DNA of 64,000 nucleotides, from NCBI GenBank assembly GCA_951406725.2, contig OX597815.1, positions 127,968,001-128,032,000 on the forward strand, given 5' to 3'. The notes under the pieces were generated by a model. That model was not told where the DNA came from and ran no database searches. It saw only the letters and a program-made list of their open reading frames with translations. Source of the stretch: Octopus vulgaris (lineage: Eukaryota). The position numbers were made by a program, and so were the translations under genes. This document shows, piece by piece, positions 13,541 through 26,251 of the stretch (its first letter is position 1; each line of letters opens with the position of its first letter).

Positions 13541-13915
13541 AATTTTGTAGGTATGCCGAAAATATTCATATTCAAGAATTGCTTGTAAGTTGGTTGTAAG
13601 CAAATAGCTAAATATAACAATTTTATATATTATTCGATAGGTTCTTACCTTTAAAAATCAAAATTCTAGAGTGACATGAAACTAATTTTTTTTTAAAAGT
13701 GTAAAAAATACAAACGTGTAGATCTGAAGATGTGGCGCAATAGACTTCTTGTCGCTCAACCTCATAACAAGCAAACAATTGCAGACGACACATTTGGAAC
13801 ACAGTGAATACCAAAACCGAATACGATTAGTCGTAATTATTTTTATTCGTTTCCCCCACCCACCTCATCACCATCACTACCTAATCAGGCATATCTGCTT
13901 AGGTACAAACATGAA

Positions 13916-15447
13916 TCTCTATATATAAACGGCAGTTTGTCTGTCTGTGTGTCTGTCAGGTTGTACCCTCACCCTGACCACGGCTTTCAACCGATTCTGA
14001 TGAAACTTGACACACACATAGCCCAATGTCATAATTCAAAACTAACGCAGCGAAAATTTTGAAAAGTTCCCCCAGTTCTGAAAATAATCGATAAATTCGA
14101 CATGGGGTCGAGAATCTAAGCTTTTTATATGCAACACATTTTCTGTTGTAGTTTTCGCAACTTGCAATCGATTTTCACCAAACTCATGGTGAAGCTTAAT
14201 GTTACCCTAAAAAACTTAATTCTGACGTTAGTTTTCCATGCAATACCTTACCATCAGAAAAAATCGATAAAATCATGCCATTTTGGGAAATCGTGTTCAA
14301 ATTCAAGATGACATATTTTCGACAATATTTTTCACAAATTGGCAGGAATTTTTTTTGAAATTCACAGCGAGCATCATGTCTGCTCCAAGGAGCTACATGG
14401 CCCTGTTTATTCCAATAGGATACTTTATTACTAGAAAAAATCGGTTAATTAAATCATATGTGGCACACACAGCAAACCAATTTGTGTATTAAACACAAAC
14501 CACAGACTGTCTAGGGGACGCAACTCGACCTTTTTAACTCTCTTACACTCCCAAATAAATATCAAACAGCTATCGATAATTCAACCCAACCAATTCCTAT
14601 CAGGAAAAAATTACATTCGAGACTTTACCCCCAACACTTCTGCTAATAGCTGCTGCAGCCGCAAGTTATTTGAATACATTTTTTGTTTAAACTTTCTTTA
14701 TAACTACCACCCCAAACGTTTTACCTTAAATTTTTGACGTACCCTAAGGGTCCTTGGACACTACTTGCAAACTCTTGGTTTATTTTGTCGTGTGCACCAA
14801 AAAACCTTTTCCATTCGTTTGTTCAGTTTGGTCACTTTTCACTTTTTCGTTGTTGTCAGTCACATTGTTGCCCGCTTTTTTGCCATTTTGGTACATTTTT
14901 ATACATTTTGGGATACTTACCCCACATGTTCCTTTTTATTACACCTTTGCCAAACACATTGCTTCCACCAAAATACTTACCCCACGTGTACCTTTGTATT
15001 ACACCTTTGCCAAACACACTGCTATCTGCCAAAATGCCACCCAAGAAGAGAAGGACCCTCCTCAGCCCTCGGACGGCCAAGGCATCGGCTGCTAGGGCTT
15101 GAAGGGCACGCGAGACCCACGAGGAAACCGCCTTGCGCCCCTCACAAAAAGCTTAAATCCCAAGGCCAAACGCTACAAGTCGCTGGGTTACATTTGGGCG
15201 AACAGTGCTTCGCCCACGGTCAACTCTATGTGGGCTGTTCACGCGTTGGGAGGCGCAATGATGTTTTAATGTTTTCGCCCAAAGGGACAGCTAGGAACAT
15301 CGTATACACAGAAGTATTCGAGTGAAGAGAAGACATTGCAACCTACACATGCGCCTTCGTTCCCTAGAGGGAAAGGACTAGATCGGGATTAGTCGTTACC
15401 CACTAGGGGCTCTTACATACCCGGGCAACGCCGGGCTATGCTGCTAG
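13916..15447 (+). mobile_element. Non-autonomous Helitron (internally deleted, mosaic)
   Basis: A|TC start; 3' hairpin CCCGG-gcaacg-CCGGG and CTAG|T end; PIF1 helicase tail KSQGQTL...HGQLYVGCSRV at 15155-15325. Confidence 0.9.
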
Positions 15448-16249
15448 TATTTTAAAAGATTGAAACTTATTTTCTTTCTACGTGTGAATTATAAGCAGAA
15501 AGGTGTGGGGGAGAGGAACGAATTAAGCATTTACATTAAATTCTTTGCCTTTCATACTTTTGGGGTCGATAAATTAAGTGCCAGTGTAATCGACTAGTCC
15601 CCTCCCACCCAAATTTCAGACCTTGTGCTTTTAACAGAAAGGGTTGTTGTTGTTGTTTATTTATTTATTTTCCCATTTATTGAAAGATAGACCGTCGACT
15701 TCTAGCGTTTAAGACAATTCAATTTATAAACTCAGTCTTCATACTCTGAAAATATTCAACATTTAAAAACAATTTCCTTCTTTCACGAATATAGCACTGT
15801 AGTATATCAGTAATTAATAAATTTAAGATTTTGCAGGAATTTTTTTAAAATTAGCAAATGTGCCATATCACCGGTGATATTCTCTTTTAAAAGATGAGCC
15901 GTTACAAAATTTCAGGTCCCTCGGTTGAAATAGTGTGACCTACAACATACAACTTGGACACACGCGTGCATCATCAGCATCATTATTTCACGACCGCTTC
16001 CTATGCAGGTATGCATTGGACGGTACATGAAAGAGATAACGATGAAGGTGGCGAGGAAGATATAATGAGAGGGTTAGTGGCTGAAAAAGATGTGAGAGTA
16101 GGGAAGACAGCGTCCATGCGACAGAGAAGCCACGAGGAGAAGGGCAGTAAGGGTAAAGAGCTGAGGGAGAAAATTTTAGAGGAGCGTTGCGGAGCTAAGG
16201 ATAAAGGCTGCCATCTTCACTACCCATATTAGCGTTCCTTGTGCTAAAC

Positions 16250-17060
16250 TTGTACTAGTGTGCTGATTTTCTCCAGTACCAAAAGTTGCCAATTGTTGCA
16301 GTCACTTACCATCTCTTTTGAGATTTAGCATTATGTCAGGAAGAGCACCCACCCGTTTTCACAACTTCGTCTCATGACTCTCTAGGTCTTTCTCTTCAAC
16401 TAACATCATCCACTTTAAGCGCTCGGTATTTTTTAAGCAGTTGTCGTCATCCACACTAACGCAGTCTTTTTTCTTGCATATTTCATGTTTCCTCTTACAG
16501 CTTTTCTCTCAGGTCATTTTTTTTTTCTCCGTCCTTCATGCATACTAACGCTACACAACCAGTGACGCATGTACACTATATTCCTTTCTACCCTTCGAGG
16601 CCTATAAATACTGGACTAAGTAAGCAACGTACTCTGCACACAGATAACAGTCCGACCTCCATTCTGAAGGAAAGGCACTTTGTTACTAACACAATTTGTA
16701 TTTTCCAGAACTTTTCCCCATCCATTCGTTCTCAGGCTAGTATACTTTCAGAGTACCCGATCCCAGCTGCTAATTAGGTTATGTGACAGAAACTCTTGAA
16801 TACTTCTAAGGAACTACCTAGGCAGATCGAGATAGTAATATTCAGATTTAATTTTCCAAGAAGTTCCTATGTATGGAACTGATTTTAGTAAATGAAGAGT
16901 ACACACAACTGCATTCACATTTTAGATAGAACAGCTTTCCTCTTGGTGTTCCATGTTAGCTAGGACGATATGAACTTCAATGATCCCCAGTTTTTCATGT
17001 GTGCCCTTTTCCTAAATGCTTGTCTTAACAAGAATTAGAGCTCCATCACTCCTAGGGGGT
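16250..17060 (-). mobile_element. Old RTE LINE fragment
   Basis: Degenerate similarity to 7700-8640 and 53820-55300 (for example gtcgtcatccacact and ccttctacccttcgagg). Confidence 0.55.
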
Positions 17061-17329
17061 CCAGCGGCGCATTCGTTCACCATGACGCGTATTTCTATGA
17101 CGCGCACTCGTTCACCATCACAAGTAGTTAGTTCTATGACTCCGCACAATTGCTAGATAGTCGTTGTCCCTACGATGGACTCATCCGACCCTTTAAGTGG
17201 TATCGGTAATTTATTTTTATTTTATCATCTATTTATTTTTGTCCTGATGAATTTCGAGCAAACACTCTCAATTTGCCGAGCCTTGTTGAGAGAGTTGGTT
17301 TAGTTGACAAGTCGTCACAATCCAAAACA

Positions 17330-17790
17330 GTTCTTATTAGGAGCCATTGTTCTCCTTGAAAGGTATGGAGGTGATATCTCACTTGCCCGTTCCATTTTTC
17401 CTATGGTTTCTAGAGACAAATGCCCTAAAACAGATCTAATCTAAGAGACAATAGCTTAAACCATAAAGATATTATGTCAATAATGCGAGCCATGTGGATT
17501 AGATTTGTTCTAGAGAGAAAAGCTAACGTGTACAAAAGCATTCCTAAATAAGGTAAAAATCCACATGAAACGAAGAATAAGGGTCTTGAATCACTTAAGT
17601 AAACAAAGTAAAAATAGTGAGGAGTCTGGTTTAAAAGAAAGCGAGAGCACATTTATACTTAACTATAAAAAAGATAGGGAAAAAGAGTAATCAGGGCTGT
17701 AGAGGATATAAAAAAGAATCCTAATTCTTTCTATAAATTCATAAAAGAATCAGCTTCAGTGCGTTACAAGATAGAGCCATTGTGTGATGG
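17330..17790 (+). mobile_element. CR1-type LINE ORF2 linker fragment
   Basis: Translates to ...VIRAVEDIKKNPNSFYKFIK...KIEPL, typical of the CR1 endonuclease-RT linker. Confidence 0.5.
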
Positions 17791-17979
17791 AACTAGCCCA
17801 AAAGAGTAAGTGAAATACTGAATAAGACCAAAAGGTTTTCACCTATCACCATGGACTTATGGAAATGTTTGTTTTCCGACGTAACAGCTCTATATCGAGA
17901 AGCGGTAACCATTACACAAACTCTCAGAAAAGAATTGCTTGGACCAGTATTCCGTTTGTGATATGCTTTTAAAACGGAA

Positions 17980-18681
17980 TGAACGCATGCCTTTCTTGAA
18001 ACAACTTGTGACTGGAAATGAAAAATAGATTGTGTACCAAAACGTAGTGCAAAAAAGATCCTGGAGTTTGCGTAAGTATCCCTCAAAACAGCAACCAAAG
18101 ACAAATATCCATGCCAAAAAAGCTACCCTTTGTGTTTGGTGAAATCATAAAGGTATTATTTATTATGAGCTTCTCCCACAGAGCCAGACCAATTAATCCT
18201 GGTGTGTACTGTCGTTAGCTGGCTAATTAAAGAATTGAGGCCGGAGATTGCCAACAGAAAAGGGTAAAATTACAGTGTATACCCAGAAAAGGGGTAAGGT
18301 TCCAACAAGACAATGCCCGACCACATGTGTCTTCGGTTACCCGAACAAAGTTACATGAATTTGGCTGGGATCTCTTATCCTATCAACCATATTCTCTTGA
18401 TATTGCGCCATCCGACTACCACTTGCTTTTATCTCTACAGAACTCATTGCAAGGAAAAGCATTTAGCGATTTAGATGGAGTCAAAATGCATCTAGATAAC
18501 TTTTTTCTTCAAAACCAGTCAAATTTTAAGCTGATGGAATATTTAAATTGCCTGATAGATGGGTAAAGGCCATTGATAATAATGGAAATTATTTCATTGA
18601 ATAAAATTTATTGAAAGGTCAATTATTTATATTCCTTTCTGCATATTAAAAAACGCTCAGAACTTTCCGGACAACCTAATA
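17980..18681 (+). mobile_element. Decayed mariner transposon (3' half plus right TIR)
   Basis: GIIYYELL, QQDNARPH, PYSLDIAPSDYHL and LPDRW...NGNYF motifs; terminal cagaactttccggacaacctaata. Confidence 0.88.
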
Positions 18682-18830
18682 ACACCAAAGATGTAGTGAG
18701 GACAACGATTATGGCAGCATTCACAGATAAGGAGACTGTCCAGAAAAGTTGCAGAAGATCCGAAATCGTCTCGAGGCCATGGATGAAGCCAATGGCGATT
18801 TTATTGAATAAATTGACTCTTAAGTATTTC
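18682..18830 (+). mobile_element. Tc1/maT-like transposase 3' remnant
   Basis: Translates to ...RNRLEAMDEANGDFIE* ending at aataa (about 18810). Confidence 0.55.
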
Positions 18831-18835
18831 AAGAT

Positions 18836-19046
18836 ACAATAATCCCCCGACTATCACAAGTGTTACATTCCCAAACCCCTCACGATAGGTGAAAAGCCGC
18901 AAAGAAGAGACAGTACTGTACTATAAATCTTTTAAATTATTTTTATGATTTGTATATATCTATTTTATTATAAATGCAGAACAACGCCACGGAGGAATCG
19001 ACGTGAGCTTACATAATAAACCGCGATATAGCGAGGGATTATTGCA
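18836..19046. mobile_element. Tigger/pogo-like MITE
   Basis: TIRs tacaataatcccccgactatc / gatatagcgagggattattgca. Confidence 0.65.
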
Positions 19047-19235
19047 TTTTTATGTAATTTTGGTAAATATATCTGTTAAAATGAGATGCCAGTGTTATAT
19101 TCATTCTTGCGTAATTTAAACAATTTATTCAGGCTCGAAACATAAAAGACTTTCTCACCTTCCCAAGCTTTAAACTAACAGACTTGTTTGTTGTTTATAC
19201 ACCTGCCTTGGTCTATTGTTTTCTTTGTAAATTCC

Positions 19236-19284
<49 letters not shown>

Positions 19285-19342
19285 TGCATGTACGTATATA
19301 TGTATATATATATATATATGTAATGTGTATATATATACGTGG

Positions 19343-19373
<31 letters not shown>

Positions 19374-19384
19374 AATATATTATA

Positions 19385-19960
19385 TTAGAGACAAAATATA
19401 GGTTTTCATCATATACAATCGTTTATAGAGTTTATTTTAGATCTTGATTATAATATTTATATATATTTTCATTGATAATTTATATATATTAGTCATTTCA
19501 AATATCTATAAAAGTAGATATAGACTAAAATGGATATTAGAATATGGATTTTCTACCTTATAAATTAAAGTTAATATTTAACATTATAGTCGATTTCGAT
19601 ATAATCATATTTAATAATAGAGTTTGTTATAAGTAAATTTTTATTTAGATTATATAGATTATTTATATCTTAAAAATATTGATTATATTTTATATTTTAG
19701 GTTTTGAAACCACCTGAAGAATGTCTCAAAGATGTGATGACACGAAACGATCGTAGTGGTTATTTATAATTGTTAAATTTTACTTTATATAAATTATTTT
19801 ATGTATTGGCTTAAGTCTTTCTTTGTTTGATTTGCATAATAGTGGTTTTGTCTCTAATAATAATATAATATAATATTTTACTATAAAATTGGATTCAATC
19901 CTAAATCTGATTTTTCCCTGTAAATTTGGATTTATTCCCTAATATTTATTATTATTATTT

Positions 19961-20017
<57 letters not shown>

Positions 20018-20345
20018 GTATGTATATATATATGTATATATATATGTATGTGTGTGTGTATATATATATATATAATAAAATATTAGGGAATAAATCCAAA
20101 CTTACAGGGAAAAATCAGATTTAGGATTGAATCCAATTTTATAGTAAAATATTATATTTATATTAAATTAGAGATAAAACCACTATTAGGCAAATCATAC
20201 AATGAAAAATTTAAGCCAATACATAAGATTAATTAATTTATATTATTTTAAATATATATCAAAATTATTAAAAAAGATAATTAGTATTGGCTTAAATTTT
20301 TCATTGTATGATTTGCCTAATAGTGGTTTTATCTCTAATTTAATA
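19385..20345. mobile_element. Two tail-to-tail AT-rich Penelope-derived (pLTR-like) units separated by (TA)n
   Basis: 19870-19946 is the reverse complement of 20079-20156; the second unit folds back on itself (20160-20222 versus 20284-20345). Same family at 33075-33380; related units at 29815-30050 and 44430-44550. Confidence 0.7.
19708..19761 (+). ncRNA. Type I minimal hammerhead ribozyme
   Basis: Stem I AACCAC/GTGGTT, CTGAAGA (19714-19720), stem II TGTC/GACA, GAAA, palindromic stem III CGATCG, GUA triplet. Confidence 0.85.
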
Positions 20346-20472
20346 TAATATATGTATATATGTATATATATATGTATATATATGTATGTATATATATATA
20401 TATATTTATGTGTATATATATATATGTATATATATGTATGTATATATATATGTATGTGTATATATATATATG

Positions 20473-20515
<43 letters not shown>

Positions 20516-20651
20516 ATATATATATATATACATATATATATATGTATGTATATATATACATATATGTATGTATATATATATGTGTGTGTATATGTATGTA
20601 TATATATATATACATATTTATATATTATATATATGTATATATTTATATATG

Positions 20652-20701
<50 letters not shown>

Positions 20702-20719
20702 TATCTACACACACATACG

Positions 20720-20780
<61 letters not shown>

Positions 20781-20797
20781 ATACACACACACACACA
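20346..20797. repeat. Long compound (TA)n/(TATG)n/(CA)n microsatellite
   Basis: Direct reading; it produces the spurious YIYI ORFs. Confidence 0.97.
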
Positions 20798-21013
20798 TAA
20801 GTTCAGTAAAAATTTAGATTCAGATGAATACGGTACTTAAGTTGAAGGCACCAGAATTTGGTATGGTATGATCCATATAATTTAAAATAAGGTGATTATA
20901 ATCAAAATAAGCAACAAGGATATCCTTGTTGCTTATTTTGATTTTATACACACACACACATATATATATATAGACAGACACATACACACACACACATGCA
21001 CATATATATATAT

Positions 21014-21047
<34 letters not shown>

Positions 21048-21139
21048 GTACATAGACATATATTTACGTTTGTGTATATATATATATTTGTGTGTGTGTG
21101 CGAACATGTATGCGTATATGTATGTATGGATGGATGGAT

Positions 21140-21315
21140 GGATTTTAACGTGTATAAGGAACCCTTTTCCGTCCCAAATTAGCTTTTAAAAATATGGAAG
21201 TTTCTTATACATGGATAGTATTATAATCCTTTACAAAATCTTTTCCACATTTTAAGCCCCCAAAATTATGGGCTTCCTTATACACGAGCGTTCCTTATAC
21301 ACGTTAAAATACAGT
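21140..21315. mobile_element. Small Tc1/pogo-like MITE
   Basis: TIRs gattttaacgtgtataaggaac / gttccttatacacgttaaaatacagta. Confidence 0.65.
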
Positions 21316-21709
21316 AATTATACGTTTCTGTCATATGTAAACACTCACTCAAAACAGCACATGGTATTGAATATAAAGAAAAATATCCGTGAGATCATTT
21401 TTAAACAAAGCTTACCTTATAACGAGATCCGTTTATTTACTTAAAATTCCATGATGTTAGAGATAAAACTTCTCAAGTTAAAATGGCAGACGTGTTATCG
21501 AAATTTCTTATCTATCACACCCCGGAAGATAAGCAAACCGACAATATAATCTTAAGACAACAATTGTTGCGTTACGTATTCGTTTATTTAACCAATGCAT
21601 AACGCCGAAAATCTATACCTACAGTAGTGAAGCTTATGCAGACAGCATGAAAGTATAGCTAACATAAAAGAAATTACAATAATAAATTTTGTTTTTCTAT
21701 TTAGTTTTC

Positions 21710-22170
21710 AAAATTCTTGATATGAACTGGTGTGTTGAAACATATTTTGCAGTATCTAGGGAGGATCATGTGCCAATAATAAACACTGGTTGTATTTCAC
21801 TTATTTATTTGTCAACTGGTTAATTATTTAACCAATTAACTAATTTCTAGTTTAATCGTCCAATCACTCGATCAATCAATCAATCAGATAGGTTTGGTAA
21901 AGTCCTTTTGTCACCATTCTGATTCAAGTAGACCAAGAGGACAGAAGATCTGTCATTCACGAGATTACAAAAGTCAGCAAAAGGACTTAGACAAACCTAA
22001 CCGATTGATTAGTTAATTGAACAATTAATCAAGCAGTTAATTAGTAAATTAGTAAAATGTTAATGAACTGATGAATGATAATAAAAGAAGTGAAACAGAA
22101 CCAGTGTGTGTGTTTATTATTGGCATAATGACCCTCTTGAAATTCAACAAAATCATAATAAAGATTTCTA
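21710..22170. mobile_element. Degenerate fold-back element
   Basis: tgccaataataaacactggtt versus aaccagtg...tttattattggca; taggtttggtaaagtccttttg versus caaaaggacttagacaaaccta. Confidence 0.6.
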
Positions 22171-23629
22171 GGTACAATGCCATACATGTTTAAGAGAGGG
22201 GAACCAACTCCACTTCTACGTAAGATATATCCCAGAAGGTGAAAAGACAACGTCCTATTCCAGTGGTGTCTGGGTTTGAACTCAGAACATAACTGTTTCT
22301 AAACTAGATGTTGTTTGGTACTACTGGTTCATTTTCCCACCATAACCACCACTTCAACATTTTGGTCTTTTGGCCTTTATTAGAATTGATTAAGGATGTT
22401 GGATTTGCAAACTCAGATCAAGATTGAAGCCTGGTGCAACCATCTGGTTTGCCAGCTCTCAGTCATCCATCCAATCCATGCTAGCATGGAAAGTGGACAT
22501 TAAACGTTGATGATGATGATGATTAGAGTGTTGAATGAAATGCCTTTGTTCCAAATTTTTTTATTAGGAAGACTTGGGATGAGATTGTGAAGCAAGATCT
22601 TCAGATGTTGGATCTCACAGGGCAATAACAAATGATTGAGATCTTTCATGGTTAGCTGTGCTTAAGAAGATTCGTCAGGCTAAGTGAAATTGTAGTCATG
22701 CTATAGATCTGTAATGCATCTTACGGCTGTACTGGTCACCTGCATGGTGAGGAATCCTACATTGGGGAGTGGTAACAACTAGGGTAGGGTAGCTAACTGC
22801 TTATTGTGATCATTTGTCCTTTCGGTTTGTAGAGAATCGACCGTACGTAAGGAGTTGGTGACAAATGTCTCCTTTTGAATGCCGCACGGTTGTCCCTAAC
22901 AAAATAAGAAGCCAAATACATGATATAAAATACAGTGCCAAAGGAATGAATGATGGACGACAAAACCGTTCTACTGTTTGAGAGAGAAGAAGACGTTATT
23001 TACAATGTGTACAAAGATAGTGTGTTGTGAGTGCTATCGAAGTGTTGTGTATGTGTGCATGCGACAAGTGTTTGTGTCTGTGTGTTCGTGTGTGTAACAG
23101 AAAGTGTATGCGTATAACACAGAAAACAGAGCATAGGATGAATGTCTCAGCATATGAGTTAAGATGGAATTTGTTTACCAGTTCATAAGTGAGGTATACA
23201 ATAGCAAGTTCTATAACAAGATGTTGGGGGTCACGTGGCAGAGGCCAGTTACTACACATGTAGAAATTGTGGCTATGATGTTGTGCCAAGTCTCTTGATA
23301 CAGAAAGTTCTTTTAGGTAAACTGGAACTGTTTTACTGCGGTGAAATATACACAAACAGTGTGAGTTTAAACCTGTGTGGACATTGATGTGTACATGTTG
23401 TTGAAGTTGACGGAGATGGAGACGCTGATGGTGATGACGGTGGCGGAGATGGAGAACATCCTGTTTGTCGCTGGTGTATAATAGTGTCTTCATGGCTGGA
23501 GCAGTAGCATGGCTGGCTGGCTGACTGGTCGTCTGTCACTCGAACTGGAACATAGCTGAGTAGCTCTGTGATCAGCGACTAGACCTTAGAAGGTCTAAAG
23601 CCGAAAGACCAGGAGTAGTGAAATGCTGG

Positions 23630-23772
23630 CTTATTTATAGGGTTAAAGTGGCTCAAACAGAGCATAGGAAAAACAGTGTCACGAGACCCCATCCAAAGGC
23701 TGTGATTGGTTGGCTTACACACTGACGCGAAATAAATCGAAAGACAAACTACACCGAACACCAACCAATCAG
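23630..23772 (-). promoter_or_regulatory. Candidate Pol II promoter (TATA plus CCAAT boxes)
   Basis: TATAAATA on the minus strand (23632-23639), CCAATC on minus (about 23704) and on plus (about 23765), TGACG half-site; unique, non-repeat context. Confidence 0.45.
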
Positions 23773-24199
23773 AGCAGTGGATACAACAGGGTCTCTGCTA
23801 GTATATATATATATATATATACATGATGGGCTTCTTTCAGTTTCCATCTACCAAATTCACTCAAGGCTATAGCTGAAGACACTTGCCCAAGATGCCATGC
23901 AGTGAGACTGAACCTGGAACCATGTAGTTGGGAAACAAGCTTCATACCACACAGCCATGCCTGGTATGAGTTTATTCCTGTATTTTTGGAGTGTTGCATA
24001 GTAGTTGTGTGTAAATCATAAATCAACAATTTCTTAGTATTCTTGGTTATCTCTCCACCATTCTTTCTCTTTTGATTGGTTTTGTTATGGGTCCATTTTA
24101 ACAGCATTTACTTTTTTACTGAACACTGCCCATGGACAGCGTTGATGTTTCTTACCTAGTTATAATTACTATTGATGTATCAGCAAGTATTATTATTAC

Positions 24200-24260
<61 letters not shown>

Positions 24261-24432
24261 TTATTATTGACAAGGTGGCAAGCTGGCAGAATTGTTAACA
24301 CGCCAGGTGAAATGCATGGCAGCATTTTGTCTGCAGCTACATTCTGATTTCAAATTCCACCGAGATTGATTTTACTGGTGCCAATGTAATCAACTAGTCC
24401 CCCACTCAAAATTCCAGGCCTTGTGGCTTTAA

Positions 24433-24690
24433 TAATAATAATAATATAATAATAATAATAATGAAATTATTGTATACAGTGCTCAGGTTCACCACAACTT
24501 TGTCAAAAGTGCATATAAAGCATGTGCCTTAATGTACAAATGTCTGGGAAGTGAACAGTGTATGAGTCAGATACATGCTTACGTGTGTATGGAGTGGAGA
24601 AAATCAGGTCTAGTGTTGGGGAATCTCAGGAAGCATGGAAGTTTTGAAGGATGCAGTGCTCCGACAACTAACAACTGATGCCGGCAGTTT
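24433..24690 (-). mobile_element. CR1-type 3' end with (TTA)n tail
   Basis: Near-identical to 54728-55047. Confidence 0.75.
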
Positions 24691-24714
24691 AGTAGAAAGA
24701 ATTATTATTATTAT

Positions 24715-25260
24715 TGATTTGACTTAGGTTCAGTTTTATTCTTGTTAGGATTTATGTGGGTAGTGGGTTACTACTCATAACCTTAGGTATCCACAATCTT
24801 TCAATAGTCCTTCAAATGCTTAAAATCTTCTTGATAATCTTTCCTATCCCCAAGAGGCAAACTCTCCATAGAAGCTCTACAGGACATTCTATTCCAATCT
24901 CCTTCAGCCATTTGTTTATATCTTTGCTTACAGTTCCCAATACACCAATTATTATAGGCACAGCCATTACTATTTTCATATTCCAAATTCTTGCAATTTC
25001 AAATTTTAAGGGATTGCTTTTTGGGTTTTTTTTATATCTTTTTTCTTTACAATCCTGTAATCAAATGGGCATGATGGATCAATTAGTAAGCAACTTCACA
25101 TTTCTTTGTCTATTATTATGTCTGGTCTATTACTTTTTAGTTTCTTGTCCTTTTTTTTTTTTATTTAATTTCTATTTATTTATTAATTTTTTGTCAGTTC
25201 ATTATTAGATGCTTGTCACTGTATTATCCCCTCATCCTTCGCCTTTGTGGCAAATAAATA
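24715..25260 (-). mobile_element. Dong/R4-clade non-LTR element 3' end (restriction-like endonuclease)
   Basis: Minus strand translates to RPDIIIDK...LIDPSCPFD...LKFEIARIWNMKIVMAVPIIIGVLGTV...CLLGIGKIIKKILSI*; flanked by (TAA)n, the known Dong target. Confidence 0.8.
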
Positions 25261-25304
25261 AGATCATTATTATTGTTGTTGTTGTTGTTGTTATCATCAT
25301 CATC

Positions 25305-25335
<31 letters not shown>

Positions 25336-25694
25336 AGCTGATCTGTGCTTTCAAATTACTCTTCAAAGCTCTGTAGTTTAGTAAGTTTAAACTGCATCAA
25401 CAAGCAATTTCTTGGTGATTTTCAGAGGATTTAAAAGTCTGCCCGTACAAAATGAAGATGGGAAACTAGTCTGCTGTTAAGGAAGTTTTATTTTATTTTT
25501 TCTAGTTTTTTTTTCTACACATATATACAACATGGGCGTGAGAAAAAAATAGCCATACCTCAAAAGAGAGAAAAAAATAACAAAAATAATCACATACAAA
25601 ATAAAAAGAAATAAACAAAAAAATATGCTGCAAACACATGTTTTTTAAGTATCAACATTGACATACTAGGCAACAACATCAACTCTTACATGCA

Positions 25695-26251
25695 TCATCA
25701 TCATCATTGTTCGACTGTGGTCGAGACAATGGAATTTACCATGCTACGCCAGACTTCACGGTCCATCATGGCATTACGGAGGTCCTGTTGCTGGATGCCT
25801 GTATCCCTGGAGATTACATCAGGGTAGGAGAGTGTGCGCCCTCTGGTATTGTGAGTAGATGGCTTCCAGAGGAGAATAGTAGAAATTACTTCTTTTTCAA
25901 CAATGTCCAGCAAACTGGACTCTCCTACCTTTCACAAGAGATGACACAGGTGGTAGTTTCCCATATATTTGCATTTTGGTTGGATGGCGCTTCCATAAGA
26001 GATTTTGAGCTCTCATAAGGAGGCGAGTGTAGGTTCCATCCAACCGCCTCTCAAGCTTCTTTGGGTCATACATATCATCATCTGGAAAAGACTTTCTAAC
26101 TAGAAAGGGTATGGCCTGGTCAGCCTGTAATGACATGCATAAGATCTGGTCATCAAATCTAAGTAGAGACTTCAAACTTGAAATATTCAAAGCCACAGTC
26201 GAACCAATTCTACTATATGGCTCAGAAACCTGGACGTTATCAAAGAAGCTT
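25695..26251. mobile_element. RTE/RTEX-type LINE 3' fragment with 5' inversion
   Basis: Minus arm KKLERRLDGTYTRLL...FAGHC with (ATG)n tail; plus arm AWSACNDMHKIW...LLYGSETWTLSKKL. Confidence 0.8.

Noticed and set aside
13716-13792. CTGAAGA...CAAACAATTGCA hammerhead-like trace
   Set aside because: It needs two core substitutions and stem I is poor; not distinguishable from chance.
17243-17335. CTGATGA followed by hairpins
   Set aside because: No GAAA box or stem I/III pairing could be assigned.
20243-21182. [12 protein letters not shown] ORFs (also at 19184, 43642, 49707 and 53386)
   Set aside because: Translations of microsatellites.
24756-25208. 150-aa hydrophobic plus-strand ORF and apparent TM exons
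   Set aside because: It is the antisense shadow of the Dong/R4 endonuclease on the minus strand.
25425-25480. Possible exon GFKSLPVQNEDGKLVCC*
   Set aside because: Short, with no consistent partner exon or donor.
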